Shown here: positions 26,377-36,100 of the stretch, piece after piece | How the letters are laid out: each line of letters opens with the position of its first letter | Position numbering within the stretch: the stretch's first letter is position 1 | Source: a virus | Lineage: Duplodnaviria > Caudoviricetes | Length of the DNA: 54,626 nt | Reading direction: 5' to 3' (one strand) | IMG/VR virus record: IMGVR_UViG_3300014155_000001 | Span: 1 to 54,626 of that record | The notes under the pieces: model-generated | What the model saw: the letters and a program-made list of their open reading frames with translations, nothing else | Databases searched by the model: none | Told to the model about the DNA's origin: nothing | Position numbers and translations under genes: made by a program

Positions 26377-27141
26377 TCATTTTTGTCCCTTTTGTTGTAG
26401 CTGCTGTTTGAAACATTCGACGGCATAGGGCGTGGCGTTCCGCGCCAGCTTGTCCACCTTGGCCGAATGCGCCAGGAGCACAGCCGTTGACCAACAGGCC
26501 AAAATTTTTGATTCGGCAAGCTGCCCGACGAATGGCTCGATGATGGTTTGCAGGCTGCGGGGTTTCAGCTTGGCCAGTTCCACCTTGCAGTTGTCATAGA
26601 ACCAGGGCGGGTCATCGGAAATAATCCGGTTGGCCAGTTTCAAGGCGGTGAAGGTCGGGTTCATCTTTTTTTTATCAATCAAACGCGCACGCGCGCGTGC
26701 GCGCGTTTGATCAATCAAACTTGATTTTGATTTTGACTTTGATTGGCATTGCATCCGCATTGCATCCGCATCATGCGTTTGCATTGCGGTCGCATTGCGG
26801 TCGCATCCCCAACGGGCGGCGGCGGCGATTTTGGCCGATTGGACTTTTTGGGCGTGTTTTTCCTGACTGCGGGATACTGTTTTTAACGTGCCGACATGCA
26901 GGAAACGTCCCCCTTTGGACAGCCAGCCTTTGGTCATCAATTCCCGGCGCACGGACGGCCACTGCTGGTGGGTGACACGGCTGATTTCCGCCAGGGTGTT
27001 AGCGTCGTCCACGGGCGGAACGCCAGTGGCCCAAATGGTGTCACAGAGGCGGCGGTGGGCTAATTCGCAATGCGGTCGCATTCCGACCGTATCGGCCAGC
27101 ATCACCTTGGCCTCATAGGGAATGTAAAACAGGTCGTTCAT
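26377..27141 (-). CDS. Replication initiator (DUF1376/YdaU-like)
   Basis: Y.P.....LADT..M...E...RL.D..W N-terminus; internal iterons and SKSKSKS linker typical of lambdoid O-type initiators. Confidence 0.75.
   Translation of the reverse strand: MNDLFYIPYEAKVMLADTVGMRPHCELAHRRLCDTIWATGVPPVDDANTLAEISRVTHQQWPSVRRELMTKGWLSKGGRFLHVGTLKTVSRSQEKHAQKVQSAKIAAAARWGCDRNATAMQTHDADAMRMQCQSKSKSKSSLIDQTRARARARLIDKKKMNPTFTALKLANRIISDDPPWFYDNCKVELAKLKPRSLQTIIEPFVGQLAESKILACWSTAVLLAHSAKVDKLARNATPYAVECFKQQLQQKGQK
26678..26806. repeat. Putative replication origin: five 11-bp iterons, TTGATT hexamers and a palindrome
   Basis: TGCATCCGCAT x2, TGCGTTTGCAT and TGCGGTCGCAT x2 (26750-26806); TTGA(T/C)T x4 (26721-26744); inverted repeat 26678-26711; extra iteron at 27071-27081. 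Confidence 0.75.
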
Positions 27142-27386
27142 CAGCCTTCGCGCTGGCGCAGGAAATTTTGTTTTACCCAGGCGTCGGCTTCCGCCAGCGG
27201 AATCTGTACGTTGCGCCGGCTGATTTTCAGGTGCGGCATTCCCACCTTGAGCCACTTCCAGACCACGTCTTTTTTTACGCCCCACCGGGAGCCATATTCC
27301 GGCACCTTGAGCACGAGCCGGATGTCCACGGTGCCGGGCGCACTGCTGGTGGTGGGTACTGAGGCGGTTTTTGAGATTTTTTTCAT
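27141..27386 (-). CDS. Excisionase/MerR-like helix-turn-helix protein
   Basis: EYGSRWGVKKDVVWKWLKVGMPHLKISRRNVQIP...DAW. Confidence 0.75.
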   Translation of the reverse strand: MKKISKTASVPTTSSAPGTVDIRLVLKVPEYGSRWGVKKDVVWKWLKVGMPHLKISRRNVQIPLAEADAWVKQNFLRQREG

Positions 27387-27621
27387 ACTTTGTCCAGCGT
27401 CCGTATCTTTCTCTTATCAGCGGAATTGGTCAAACAAAACTTGTTGTTCATCTTATGCACTTAAATAATGATTTCTGAATCAGTTGTTTTAAGCATTGTT
27501 CATGGCCTGATTTGTCGCGGTGATTGAATCATTCACTGGCGCAGAGCCGGGTTGTTCACCGGATTGGAAATTTTTTCCCGTTGACAATACGCAGACGGTC
27601 ACGGAAATTCACACCACCACC

Positions 27622-27993
27622 ATGAGCACGCCGAAAAAAACAAAAAAGACCACGCCGAAACCAACCCGCCCAAAATTGAAATTGCCGCCCGACACGGTGT
27701 TGTTGGCGCAACCGAAGAATCCCAAAAATGATTTTAGCTGCGTGCGGTGCAGCCACGAATGGGAGGCGCGCAAACAAGGCGGACTGCCGACGCGCTGCCC
27801 GGCGTGTTCCTCGGCGGCGTGGAACAAACCCTATGCCCGCGCCAATGGACCACGTTATCATTGCCGGCATTGCAAACATACCTGGCACGCGGTCAAAACC
27901 GACGGACCCCCGGCCATTTGTCCCAAATGCCGGAGTTACGATTGGAACAACGAGAAAATTTTACCATCAGCCAAACCACCCGGAATGAAATAA
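27622..27993 (+). CDS. Tandem Zn-ribbon protein
   Basis: Two repeats: CVRCSHEW..CPACSS..WN and CRHCKHTW..CPKCRS..WN; TTGACA promoter upstream. Confidence 0.75.
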   Translation: MSTPKKTKKTTPKPTRPKLKLPPDTVLLAQPKNPKNDFSCVRCSHEWEARKQGGLPTRCPACSSAAWNKPYARANGPRYHCRHCKHTWHAVKTDGPPAICPKCRSYDWNNEKILPSAKPPGMK

Positions 27994-27997
27994 ATTT

Positions 27998-28450
27998 ATG
28001 CCCACCATCTATGAACGGAAATCGAGCCGGTTTTTAACCAAAGAACTTGTCGGTAAAGGAATGTTGGTGACGATCAAGGGCTGGCACGAGGACGAAGTCG
28101 GCAACCCGCCCGAACAAAAAGACATTTTGGATTTTGCCGAAACCGACAAGGGTTTGGTTCTCAACGACACCAAAAAAGATACGGTCGCGGCAGTGACCGG
28201 CATCATTGAAATGAACGATTGGGCCGGCAAACAAATTGTGCTTTTCCATGACGTGACCATCCGGTTTGGAAACAAAATCGGCGGCATTGGAATTCGCGCG
28301 CCACGTTTTGCCCCGGCCCCAACACCGCCCGGCCCGCGTCCGTCCGCCCCGAAGCCGGCCCCGGCCCGGCCCGCGCCTGTGCCTGTACCAATGGCTCAAG
28401 GTTTTGAAGAACCGGACACGCCGCCCGAAGGCGATGATGTCCCTTTTTGA
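27998..28450 (+). CDS. Single-stranded DNA-binding protein (phage type)
   Basis: KGLVLN.T...W.GK.I.L core, Pro-rich linker and acidic DDVPF tail. Confidence 0.8.
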   Translation: MPTIYERKSSRFLTKELVGKGMLVTIKGWHEDEVGNPPEQKDILDFAETDKGLVLNDTKKDTVAAVTGIIEMNDWAGKQIVLFHDVTIRFGNKIGGIGIRAPRFAPAPTPPGPRPSAPKPAPARPAPVPVPMAQGFEEPDTPPEGDDVPF

Positions 28451-28540
28451 AATGCGGGCGGTGTGGACAGCCACGGTCCGATGTGCGATGGTCCAACCGG
28501 CACCAAAACAACGTGTGTTTTGAGTGTTTCTTCTATTGAT

Positions 28541-28617
28541 TGTAGGGTGGAGCAGCTTGGAAGCTCGTCGCGCTCATAACGCGAAGGTCGTTGGTTCAAA
28601 TCCAACCCCTGCAACCA
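28541..28617 (+). tRNA. tRNA-Met(CAT), initiator-like variant
   Basis: Full 77-nt cloverleaf with encoded CCA; A11:U24 pair; loop CTCATAA; anticodon stem TCGCG/CGCGA. Confidence 0.95.
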
Positions 28618-28621
28618 ATCA

Positions 28622-28957
28622 TTATCCTTGGTCCACAATCTTTCCGTCCTCAATCACTTCATCAATTCCCATGTCCGTAAAGGGTCCGGGTGGTACAACA
28701 ATCATGGCAGGCTGGCGACGGTGCCGGCTCATCACCCAACGGGTCAATACGTCGTTCCGCCGTATCCGGTATTGCAACTCGGTTTGTCGGGTCAGGAGCC
28801 GTTTGTGTTTGATCCGGTGGACTTGGTCCAGGGTCGGGCATTCCGGCCCGCCCCAGGGCACGCAGGGACGTGTATTGCCAAAATAGGAGGCTTCGTAAAG
28901 CAACTGCCGGGGTAGGTCCATCAATTCCCATTCATCTTCCGAGAAAGTCCGTGCCAT
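28622..28957 (-). CDS. Hypothetical protein
   Basis: 111 aa; last gene of the capsid transcription unit. Confidence 0.55.
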   Translation of the reverse strand: MARTFSEDEWELMDLPRQLLYEASYFGNTRPCVPWGGPECPTLDQVHRIKHKRLLTRQTELQYRIRRNDVLTRWVMSRHRRQPAMIVVPPGPFTDMGIDEVIEDGKIVDQG

Positions 28958-29086
28958 AAAAGTTTTGGCGGTGCGGACAGGCTCCCGCCCAGCCTAACCT
29001 TTGAACGTCGAGTTTAGAGAGAGTTTCGTCAGCGCCCGGCGTTCACCGCGTCCGTTGCGGCCATGAAAGCGCTGGCGAAAATTATG

Positions 29087-29668
29087 TCACGGCGTACTGG
29101 CAGCCGTCAGGGTATTTTTAATTTCTGTCACCGCTGCCAAAGCATCGGGATTGCTCACCGTATTTTCCAGAATTGAGAGCACTTGGTTGGCCGTGCCGGT
29201 TTCGACCTGGTGCGTTTGCAGCCAGGACGTGATGGCAGTGTCATATTTTGTCCCGTTCGGCAGCGTCTTGATAAATTCGCGGATGGTTTCAACTTCCTGA
29301 GCAATGGCATCAGCGGTGTTGCTGCTTTTCTGACCGCGCAACTGTGCCCAAAGGCCAAGCAGGGCCAGTATGCCCATTGAGGCGAGGGAGCCAACGCCCG
29401 GAAGGAAAGTATTTGCGACAGTGCCGGCAGTGTTGACTGCGGCGGCGGTGGCGGGTTTGGTGGTCAGGACGTAGGATAATTGGTCATTCGTGACCAGCCC
29501 GCCCGTGGGAGTTGTCGTGACCAGCAAGGTATGATTGGTCTGAACATCAAAAAGAAAATGTTCGGCGGCTACGGGGGCGCTGGGGTTGGTCCCGAATAAA
29601 CTGCATCCGGCAAGGGAAAGCATCACGGCCAGCGCGAGGGCAATTTTAAGTTGCGTGTTTTTTTTCAT
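29087..29668 (-). CDS. Lipoprotein with an extra transmembrane segment (possible lysis/spanin-like role)
   Basis: MKKNTQLKIALALAVMLSLAGC lipobox; internal hydrophobic helix. Confidence 0.7.
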   Translation of the reverse strand: MKKNTQLKIALALAVMLSLAGCSLFGTNPSAPVAAEHFLFDVQTNHTLLVTTTPTGGLVTNDQLSYVLTTKPATAAAVNTAGTVANTFLPGVGSLASMGILALLGLWAQLRGQKSSNTADAIAQEVETIREFIKTLPNGTKYDTAITSWLQTHQVETGTANQVLSILENTVSNPDALAAVTEIKNTLTAASTP

Positions 29669-29928
29669 CGGTTGAGTTTTGGTGTTGTTTTTTTCTTCGC
29701 GCACGGAACGGAATTTGTCAAGCCGAGCGGGTCGGTAAATGCGACTTGGTGCAATTGCAGTTGGACGATGGTTTCGAGCCGGGCGAAGCTGACCCGCAAA
29801 TCCGTCTGGCCCTGGTCCACCCGGTCAAGCCGGCTGACCATGTAATCAAACGCGGACCCCCACAGGGCCATGAAAGCCAGGAACAATGTGCAAAGTCCGC
29901 CGATGATCCATTTCTCGGTTTTGTTCAT
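29665..29928 (-). CDS. Small membrane protein (holin-like)
   Basis: N-terminal transmembrane helix, coiled coil and basic tail. Confidence 0.5.
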   Translation of the reverse strand: MNKTEKWIIGGLCTLFLAFMALWGSAFDYMVSRLDRVDQGQTDLRVSFARLETIVQLQLHQVAFTDPLGLTNSVPCAKKKTTPKLNR

Positions 29929-30318
29929 TCACGTAGTAACCAAGCAGATGATTGCGGTGACAGGAACATTAACGTCATCGCCAACTAGTTCCACGTCATC
30001 GGAGAAAGAACCAGCGGTTGTAAACGTGAACGTTCCCGGCGCATCTAATTCGGTTGGTTCGCCGCCAGGATTATTAAGTGAAATATCGTTACTTCCAAAA
30101 ATCACCTGATAATGAGTGTATTCAGTCAACAGTGATGTGATGACATAAGTAATCCCGTTGTAAACCGCACCTGTCGGTATCAGATTTGTGCACGGCGGTT
30201 TGTTGGCAATTTGGCAAAGTAGATAGATGATGACCGCTTTTTGCATTCCCTGCGGAATCTGACATTCAAGACAGGCGGCATTGGAAATTAAAGATGGGGC
30301 GTCACAAGGGGTAGCCAT
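29929..30318 (-). CDS. Cys-repeat protein with C-terminal beta-rich domain, probable virion protein
   Basis: One ACLEC.IP.G...IYLLCQIA unit; start MATPCD. Confidence 0.7.
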   Translation of the reverse strand: MATPCDAPSLISNAACLECQIPQGMQKAVIIYLLCQIANKPPCTNLIPTGAVYNGITYVITSLLTEYTHYQVIFGSNDISLNNPGGEPTELDAPGTFTFTTAGSFSDDVELVGDDVNVPVTAIICLVTT

Positions 30319-30322
30319 AGTA

Positions 30323-30556
30323 TTATTTATTGGCGATTTGGCAAAGCAGGTAAATAATGACCGCGTCTTGCATCCCCGGTGGGATGTTGCATTCCAAACA
30401 CGCGGCCCCGCTGATGAGGGTTGTTGGATTAGCGGTGACTCCTGCAATCTGGCAAAGCAGGTAAATCATCACAGGTTTTTCTAGTCCCGGTGGGATGCCG
30501 CATTCCAAACATGCGGACCCGGAAACTAAACTGGTAGAATCGCAGGCAACAGACAT
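30323..30556 (-). CDS. Cys-repeat protein (two units)
   Basis: Two ACLEC.IPPG...IYLLCQIA units. Confidence 0.75.
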   Translation of the reverse strand: MSVACDSTSLVSGSACLECGIPPGLEKPVMIYLLCQIAGVTANPTTLISGAACLECNIPPGMQDAVIIYLLCQIANK

Positions 30557-30558
30557 AG

Positions 30559-30894
30559 TTATTCAGTAGTTGGGGCTGGGGTAGCCATTTTGTCGAAGGC
30601 TTCGGTGGCGTCGTCCATCGCGCTACGATTGCGCGGGGACTTTTCATCACCTTCACCTTCTTTGTTGTAGGAGACTTCAACTTCATCTTCCCAAACGTGT
30701 TCCACCTTGAACTGGCAAACATCGCCAATCGCGGGGGCTTCACCGGGGAAAAGGGATTTGGGCAGCAATGCGGTTGTTGCTTCCGATTTTTTGTCCTCGC
30801 CGGGTTTGGTCTTGGCTTTGCCGCTGTCCGGGGGCTTTTGGTCGGCGGAACTTTCTGCCGGGCCGGAATCGTAATAGTCGGAATCTTCGGGCAT
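30559..30894 (-). CDS. Acidic hypothetical protein downstream of the capsid gene
   Basis: 111 aa, D/E-rich. Confidence 0.65.
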   Translation of the reverse strand: MPEDSDYYDSGPAESSADQKPPDSGKAKTKPGEDKKSEATTALLPKSLFPGEAPAIGDVCQFKVEHVWEDEVEVSYNKEGEGDEKSPRNRSAMDDATEAFDKMATPAPTTE

Positions 30895-30969
30895 AAAATT
30901 TATTTGTTTCCGGTGAACCCTGAGCGCGCCAGCCGACGCGCCCAGGTTCTATCCACCGTAGTTCACCGT

Positions 30970-32631
30970 TTACGTCAGAATCCACGGCACCGTGACCGTG
31001 GAGCACGAGCCGGTGAGGGTGATGTTGGTGCTGCTGACAGCCCACACGCCCAAGACGCCGACGAGTTGGTTGAGTTGAGCAACCAGGGCCGACAGCGTGA
31101 AGGTGCCGCCGAGGGCTTCGTGTTCGACCGGCACGCCATTGCACATGATGGTGTTGGCCTCGACCGTGTAAAAGCCAGTGGTGCTGTTCGTAACCGGCGT
31201 AACGGTGAGGGTGTAGGACGAACTGGTGTTGGTGCAGGACCGATTGGTGTCCGACTCGTAGTCCTGAGTGGGATAACCAGGATCAGACGCGCAGGTGTCA
31301 ACGACAATGATGCACTGCGGTTCGGCCTTGTGGAAAATCAGTTCCAGAAATTCCGTGTATTGCGGGCGGATGGCCATTTTGAAATCAGCGATGAACATGC
31401 CCTTGTTCCGGCGCTTGTTTTCAATGGGAATGCCATTTTGGTCCGCGCCCAGGTTGTCCATGACGAACTGCCAGCGCCCGGCAAAGTTGCGCGAGCTATA
31501 CGGCATTTCGGGATTGATGGGAGTGGCATCCGCCACGAGACACTGAATGGATTTGCGGTGCCAGATGTAGGTCCACCGATAGAGCGCGTTATCGAAGTCC
31601 CCGTTGGGAACGTCTTTGGTGCCCGCCGCGCCACCTGCGCCGCTGGACGGAATGTTTTTGAACGGCAGGACCACCTGATAGCGGTAGGCCAAGCCGGGCG
31701 TGGTGCCAACTGCGCCGACATAATTGAAGCGCAGGTTGAACGGGTCCGCGCGCACGACGTAATTGCCGATGGAGCCGGCGAAGGCATACTTCCAATACTT
31801 GGTTGAGGCGTCCCATTCGGTAAACCGCCAGTTGCCGGTAATGGACGGGGTGCCACCGATGCCCTGTTGCCCGCCGAGCTTGTCCAGTTCCCAAGTGGTG
31901 TCCATATCCGTGACCAACTCGATGTTGGGCGGCAGGTCTTTGAACGGTTGATGGCCGAAGTAACCAACACGGCACAGCGGTTGGAACCGGCGTTGAAGCA
32001 TCTGCGGCGTCAGCTTCTTGATGGACGAGGCGGGAACGTTGGTGTCAATGTACCATTCCTCATCATTGTTGGCCCCGGCCAGTACCCAGGCGAACTGGAA
32101 CGTGCCGGTGGTGGGATTGCCGAAGCTGGCGTTGGCCACCCATTGATAGTTGGCGAACATGGCCGCGCGTTTGCGGAGGAAGTTCGAGTTGATCGAGCTT
32201 GTGGCCGGCTTCAAAATGTCGGTGATGATTTGGCGGAAATGTTCCTTGGCGTGGGTGACGTGCATTTCCTGGTCGTAACAAAGCAAGGGCGTGGCCCAGG
32301 ATTGTTCCTCAAGGAAATAGGTCAGCCGCGAAGCACCCCAGGTGATGTAATTTTCAATCTTGTCACAAGGCGTGCCCAAGCAGTTGCCGGCTTGGGTGGG
32401 ACGCCACGTTTTGGTGACGTTCGGCGTGACGTGATTGAAGCGGTCCAGTGTGTGTTGGACGCCGGAGTTGGCGGGGAATTCGCCGGTTTCGACGTGAAGA
32501 ATCCAGCCATCTTCGGGCCGAATATCTTCAAGGATCAGCTTGTCATAGACAGGCTCTTGCGAAACCAACTGTTGCGTAAATTGACAGCCGGTGACAGTGC
32601 CGGGTGTCGGACAGGGACCAAAACTTGCCAT
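30970..32631 (-). CDS. Major capsid protein with C-terminal Thr/Ser-rich extension
   Basis: 553 aa; visibly strong codon bias; own promoter and long leader; position next to the virion genes. Confidence 0.75.
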   Translation of the reverse strand: MASFGPCPTPGTVTGCQFTQQLVSQEPVYDKLILEDIRPEDGWILHVETGEFPANSGVQHTLDRFNHVTPNVTKTWRPTQAGNCLGTPCDKIENYITWGASRLTYFLEEQSWATPLLCYDQEMHVTHAKEHFRQIITDILKPATSSINSNFLRKRAAMFANYQWVANASFGNPTTGTFQFAWVLAGANNDEEWYIDTNVPASSIKKLTPQMLQRRFQPLCRVGYFGHQPFKDLPPNIELVTDMDTTWELDKLGGQQGIGGTPSITGNWRFTEWDASTKYWKYAFAGSIGNYVVRADPFNLRFNYVGAVGTTPGLAYRYQVVLPFKNIPSSGAGGAAGTKDVPNGDFDNALYRWTYIWHRKSIQCLVADATPINPEMPYSSRNFAGRWQFVMDNLGADQNGIPIENKRRNKGMFIADFKMAIRPQYTEFLELIFHKAEPQCIIVVDTCASDPGYPTQDYESDTNRSCTNTSSSYTLTVTPVTNSTTGFYTVEANTIMCNGVPVEHEALGGTFTLSALVAQLNQLVGVLGVWAVSSTNITLTGSCSTVTVPWILT

Positions 32632-32881
32632 AAAATCGTAATTTCAAACGTTGTTTCTGTTTGCTCGATTGCCGCACAAAACGACACCGAGACTGTTGAT
32701 TTTATGGAGAGCGATTACCCAACCCTTTTCAGGGTTCACCGCGATTCAGGCAGAAGGTGCCTGACTATCGGATACTCTGTCGCCCACCCGCGCACGACGA
32801 CCGCATGAGTGGTGAGGTTATTCGACCTGTGACGATTCAGGAGCGGGAGCCTGAAACTTTCCCACGCTGAACGTGGCCGCT
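32632..32881 (-). promoter_or_regulatory. ~250-nt structured 5' leader of the capsid mRNA
   Basis: Hairpins CCACG/CGTGG, TTCAGG/CCTGAA, AGGT/ACCT, TCAGGCA/TGCCTGA and AACCCT-GAAA-AGGGTT. Confidence 0.6.
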
Positions 32882-32887
32882 AAACCA

Positions 32888-32915
32888 ACGTTGTGCGGGA
32901 TTCCGAAACTGTCAA
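32888..32915 (-). promoter_or_regulatory. Capsid promoter TTGACA-N16-CAACGT
   Basis: Consensus -35 element; layout shared with the other late promoters. Confidence 0.65.
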
Positions 32916-32973
32916 GGGACACAAAACAAAATAATTGCACTACTACAATTTTGGTGGGAATACTATCACCACC

Positions 32974-33198
32974 ATGAAAACTCAAATTGATATAAAAAGT
33001 GCTCTCGTTGGAATCCTTATTGGTGTTCTGGTTGTCACGGCAATTGGCGCGGGAACATCCTCAAATGAAGTTGGTCGTTACAAAGTTTCTTGCGGGGCGG
33101 CTTTTGCTGTCATGGTTGACACCAAAACCGGCCAGGCTTGGGGCATCGCCCGTGATACTCAGAGTCGGAACGACGGCGATTTCTTCACCGCGAAATAA
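32974..33198 (+). CDS. Small membrane-anchored moron protein
   Basis: MKTQIDIKSALVG...GRY...DT.TGQ.W; lower GC; opposite strand to the virion genes. Confidence 0.7.
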   Translation: MKTQIDIKSALVGILIGVLVVTAIGAGTSSNEVGRYKVSCGAAFAVMVDTKTGQAWGIARDTQSRNDGDFFTAK

Positions 33199-36100
33199 TT
33201 ACGGCGCAGCGATCGCCCAAGGCGCGGCTTGGCGGATGTCGGTGGCGCTGGTCACGGACTCAGCCCCGTAACGGGCTTTTTCGGCAGGGGACATTTTCCG
33301 GGCCAAGGCCGCTTGGTCGGACTTGGGCAACCGTTTGAACATATAAATGTCCATCGTTGAAGCATCCCGTGCCGCGCGCTTGGTTTCATCCGCTGTCCGC
33401 GACTCGTAGGGTTTCAGCCGTTCGCCCGTCCGCTTATGGTACAATTCTGAAATCTGGTTTTGAATCGAACTGCGCGTGATGTAGGCCGGCGCGGGCATAA
33501 TGCCGACATAAGGCGCGGCCAGCCGTGCCGGGGTAGCGCCGGCTTCCGCCGATTTCCGCGCGCCGCGTGTCCAGAACGGTTCAAAAGACTTGATGACATA
33601 CTTGCTCACCTGTCCGGCCTGTTGTGCGGCAGGCGCGTTCGGATTGCGGATTTCATACCCGTAAAAGTCCCGATTGTTGGCCACGTCATTGATGACCGAT
33701 AGCAAGGGATGCGATTTATGCCAAACCGTAGTCAACGGCTGTTTACTGTAAGCCAGAAGGTCTTTAACATAGGTAGGCAGTAAAAAGCGTTCGTCGTTTC
33801 CATCCTTGTCTTTGCGTCCGGTGCGGAATGCCAGGAAGTCCATGCCGGTTGGCGTCTGGCCGGTAAAAGCGTAAGTCAAAACTGCATTGGCGGTCGCCAC
33901 CGTTGCTAGTAGCGACATGGTGTAGGCCACGCGGTCAGGGATATTTTCGGGTAGCTTGCCGGTTTTGTGCCATTCCTGGAAAAATTTTGCGGCATCCGGG
34001 AACGCTCCGCCAAGTTCAGCGATGGTGCCGCCCGACCAGCCCGGTGCCCGGACCAAACCTTGCACAACATTCTTTGCCGTGTTGTTGGAAAACAGGCGGT
34101 TGTAACGGACCTGACCCAAGCGGGCATCCACCCGGTTCCACGCCTGCCGGAATTGCGGCGTCAATTCTTCCAATGGCTTGCCAGGATTTTGCTCAATGAT
34201 GCGCCAAGCGAGGTCCGCGAACACACCGGCTTTTTGCCGGGGCACGAGATAGTCCATGATGGGTTTCATCATCAGTTCGGTCAAAGCAATGGGAGAACGT
34301 GCCGCCGCCTTGATCCGGCTACCGGAATACCAGTCCCGGACCATTTGGGTGGTCTGTTCGGTTTGCATTCCGTGTTCCAACTTGTAACCGCCGCCGCCGA
34401 GTTCGGTAGCTTTCACGACTTGAGCAATGCGCGGATCAATCACGCCATCGGGATTGCGCCAGGCGTTCAAGACCTTGTCTCCCGTCATCGCGGTTTTGAC
34501 ACTGGCAACGGTCCAGTTTTTTGCTGTGTTTGCCAAGTCAGCCAGGGAACGGTTGCCGCGCAACACGCCGTAAACGTCTTTAATCAGTGTCGCCCCGGCA
34601 GACACCTGTACGTCACCCGTGGTAAAGCCGGCGTGGAACGCGCTGCCCATACCCAATTGCGATTGATTCAAGGCATTGGCCGTGCCCATCCAAGTGCGGT
34701 AAAGTCCACCGAAGTATTTATTATTGTAAATGCTGGACGAAAGGTAATTGTTGACGATGTCGCCCGTGGCCTTCGGCACGATGCGATAGCCTTTGATTGG
34801 TAGGCCGACATATTTCTCGCTGGTAAGTTCTTCCAGTTCGATTCCCGGCTTAATGTCAGCCAGCCCTTTGAGTTCGGGTTTGCTATGAATGAAACCGTCA
34901 AACACCTTGAACACCGTCGGCGCAACTTCCTGCATCTTTTCCGGTGCATGAACGTAGGCTTCGACCATTTGCGCAATCTGTTCCGTCTTTTTGCGCGGGT
35001 CGCCGCCGCGACTGCCGGTGAGGTCCGCAATGTTGCGAAGTTCCTCTTTGATTTTGGCGCGCTGTTTCTGTGACGCTTCTTTGGTCTGCACACCCTTTTT
35101 GCCCAAGCCAACGGCTTCGGTAACAAACGTTTTCCAAAAGTTGTAGCGGTAATCCAACTGGTGCCCAATCTCGTGAGCCAAAACGCTCGTCTCGGTGGCA
35201 AACCGGGTGCGGACGAAATCCTGACTCTGATAGGACAGGCCCAAGGCGCGATTGCCGGGACCGGGCGGGAACTTCATGGACCGTTCGTGTTTGATGCCCA
35301 GCTTCCCGGCAAAATCCAGCAAGCCCTCATACACGGCCTTGTCAATATGTTCAGGAACGGTGACAGTAGGCGGGCCGTAGATGGTGCCGTACTTGTCATT
35401 CAAACGGACCCAGCCTTCCGGTGTTTCCTCGTAGGGATTTATGATTTTCAGTTCGCCGTCAGCTTTAAGGTGCTGGAAAAATTCATTGGCCATGATGGAC
35501 TTGTCCATTTCGGCCAACTTGCCTTTGACCAGGTCAATGGGATTGTTTGAAATGGGACGCAAACCAAACTCCGCGCCGGTCATAATGTCGTCGAACACCT
35601 TTTCTTTGCGGAAACTTTCCCGGCCCTTAAACGGACGGCGGGTAAAGTAGGCCATCATGTCCGCTTCTGATCCAGTGCCGGCTTTGATGAACTGGTCCAC
35701 ACGCGCCTTGACCCAGGCTTTTTGTGCGGGCGTGGCGGCATTAACGTCCGAGTTTTTGGGAATCATGCCTTGTTTTTCCGCTTCTTCCATTGCGGCATTG
35801 AAAGCCAGCCGAGATTCATGGGTCCACATGCCAGGGAAATAATTATCACGGACGGATTGGACGGACGCGCCAGCAGCATCGAGTTTGTCCAACCGTTCCT
35901 GAAACAACTTTTTAATTTTGTAGGCAGCGAGTTGAAACCGGCCCGTCAGCGGACGGCCTTGCGACATATCCGACATGAATTTGATGCCAGGATTTTTGTC
36001 GGGCGTCAGTTTCTCGTTGTGAACGCCCAGCCGGTCGAAAAACTTTGACACCGCACGCAGCGCGAAGGCCGTGGCTTCCGCGCGCCGGTTCATGGCACCC

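Noticed and set aside
26746-26806. CRISPR array or DGR repeats
   Set aside because: These are short tandem units without spacers, and no cas or reverse transcriptase gene is visible anywhere in the window
29020-29080. Hammerhead ribozyme (CTGACGA on the minus strand)
   Set aside because: No stem II followed by GAAA; the motif is one arm of an ordinary stem (TTTCG.CAGCGC/GCGCTG.CGAAA)
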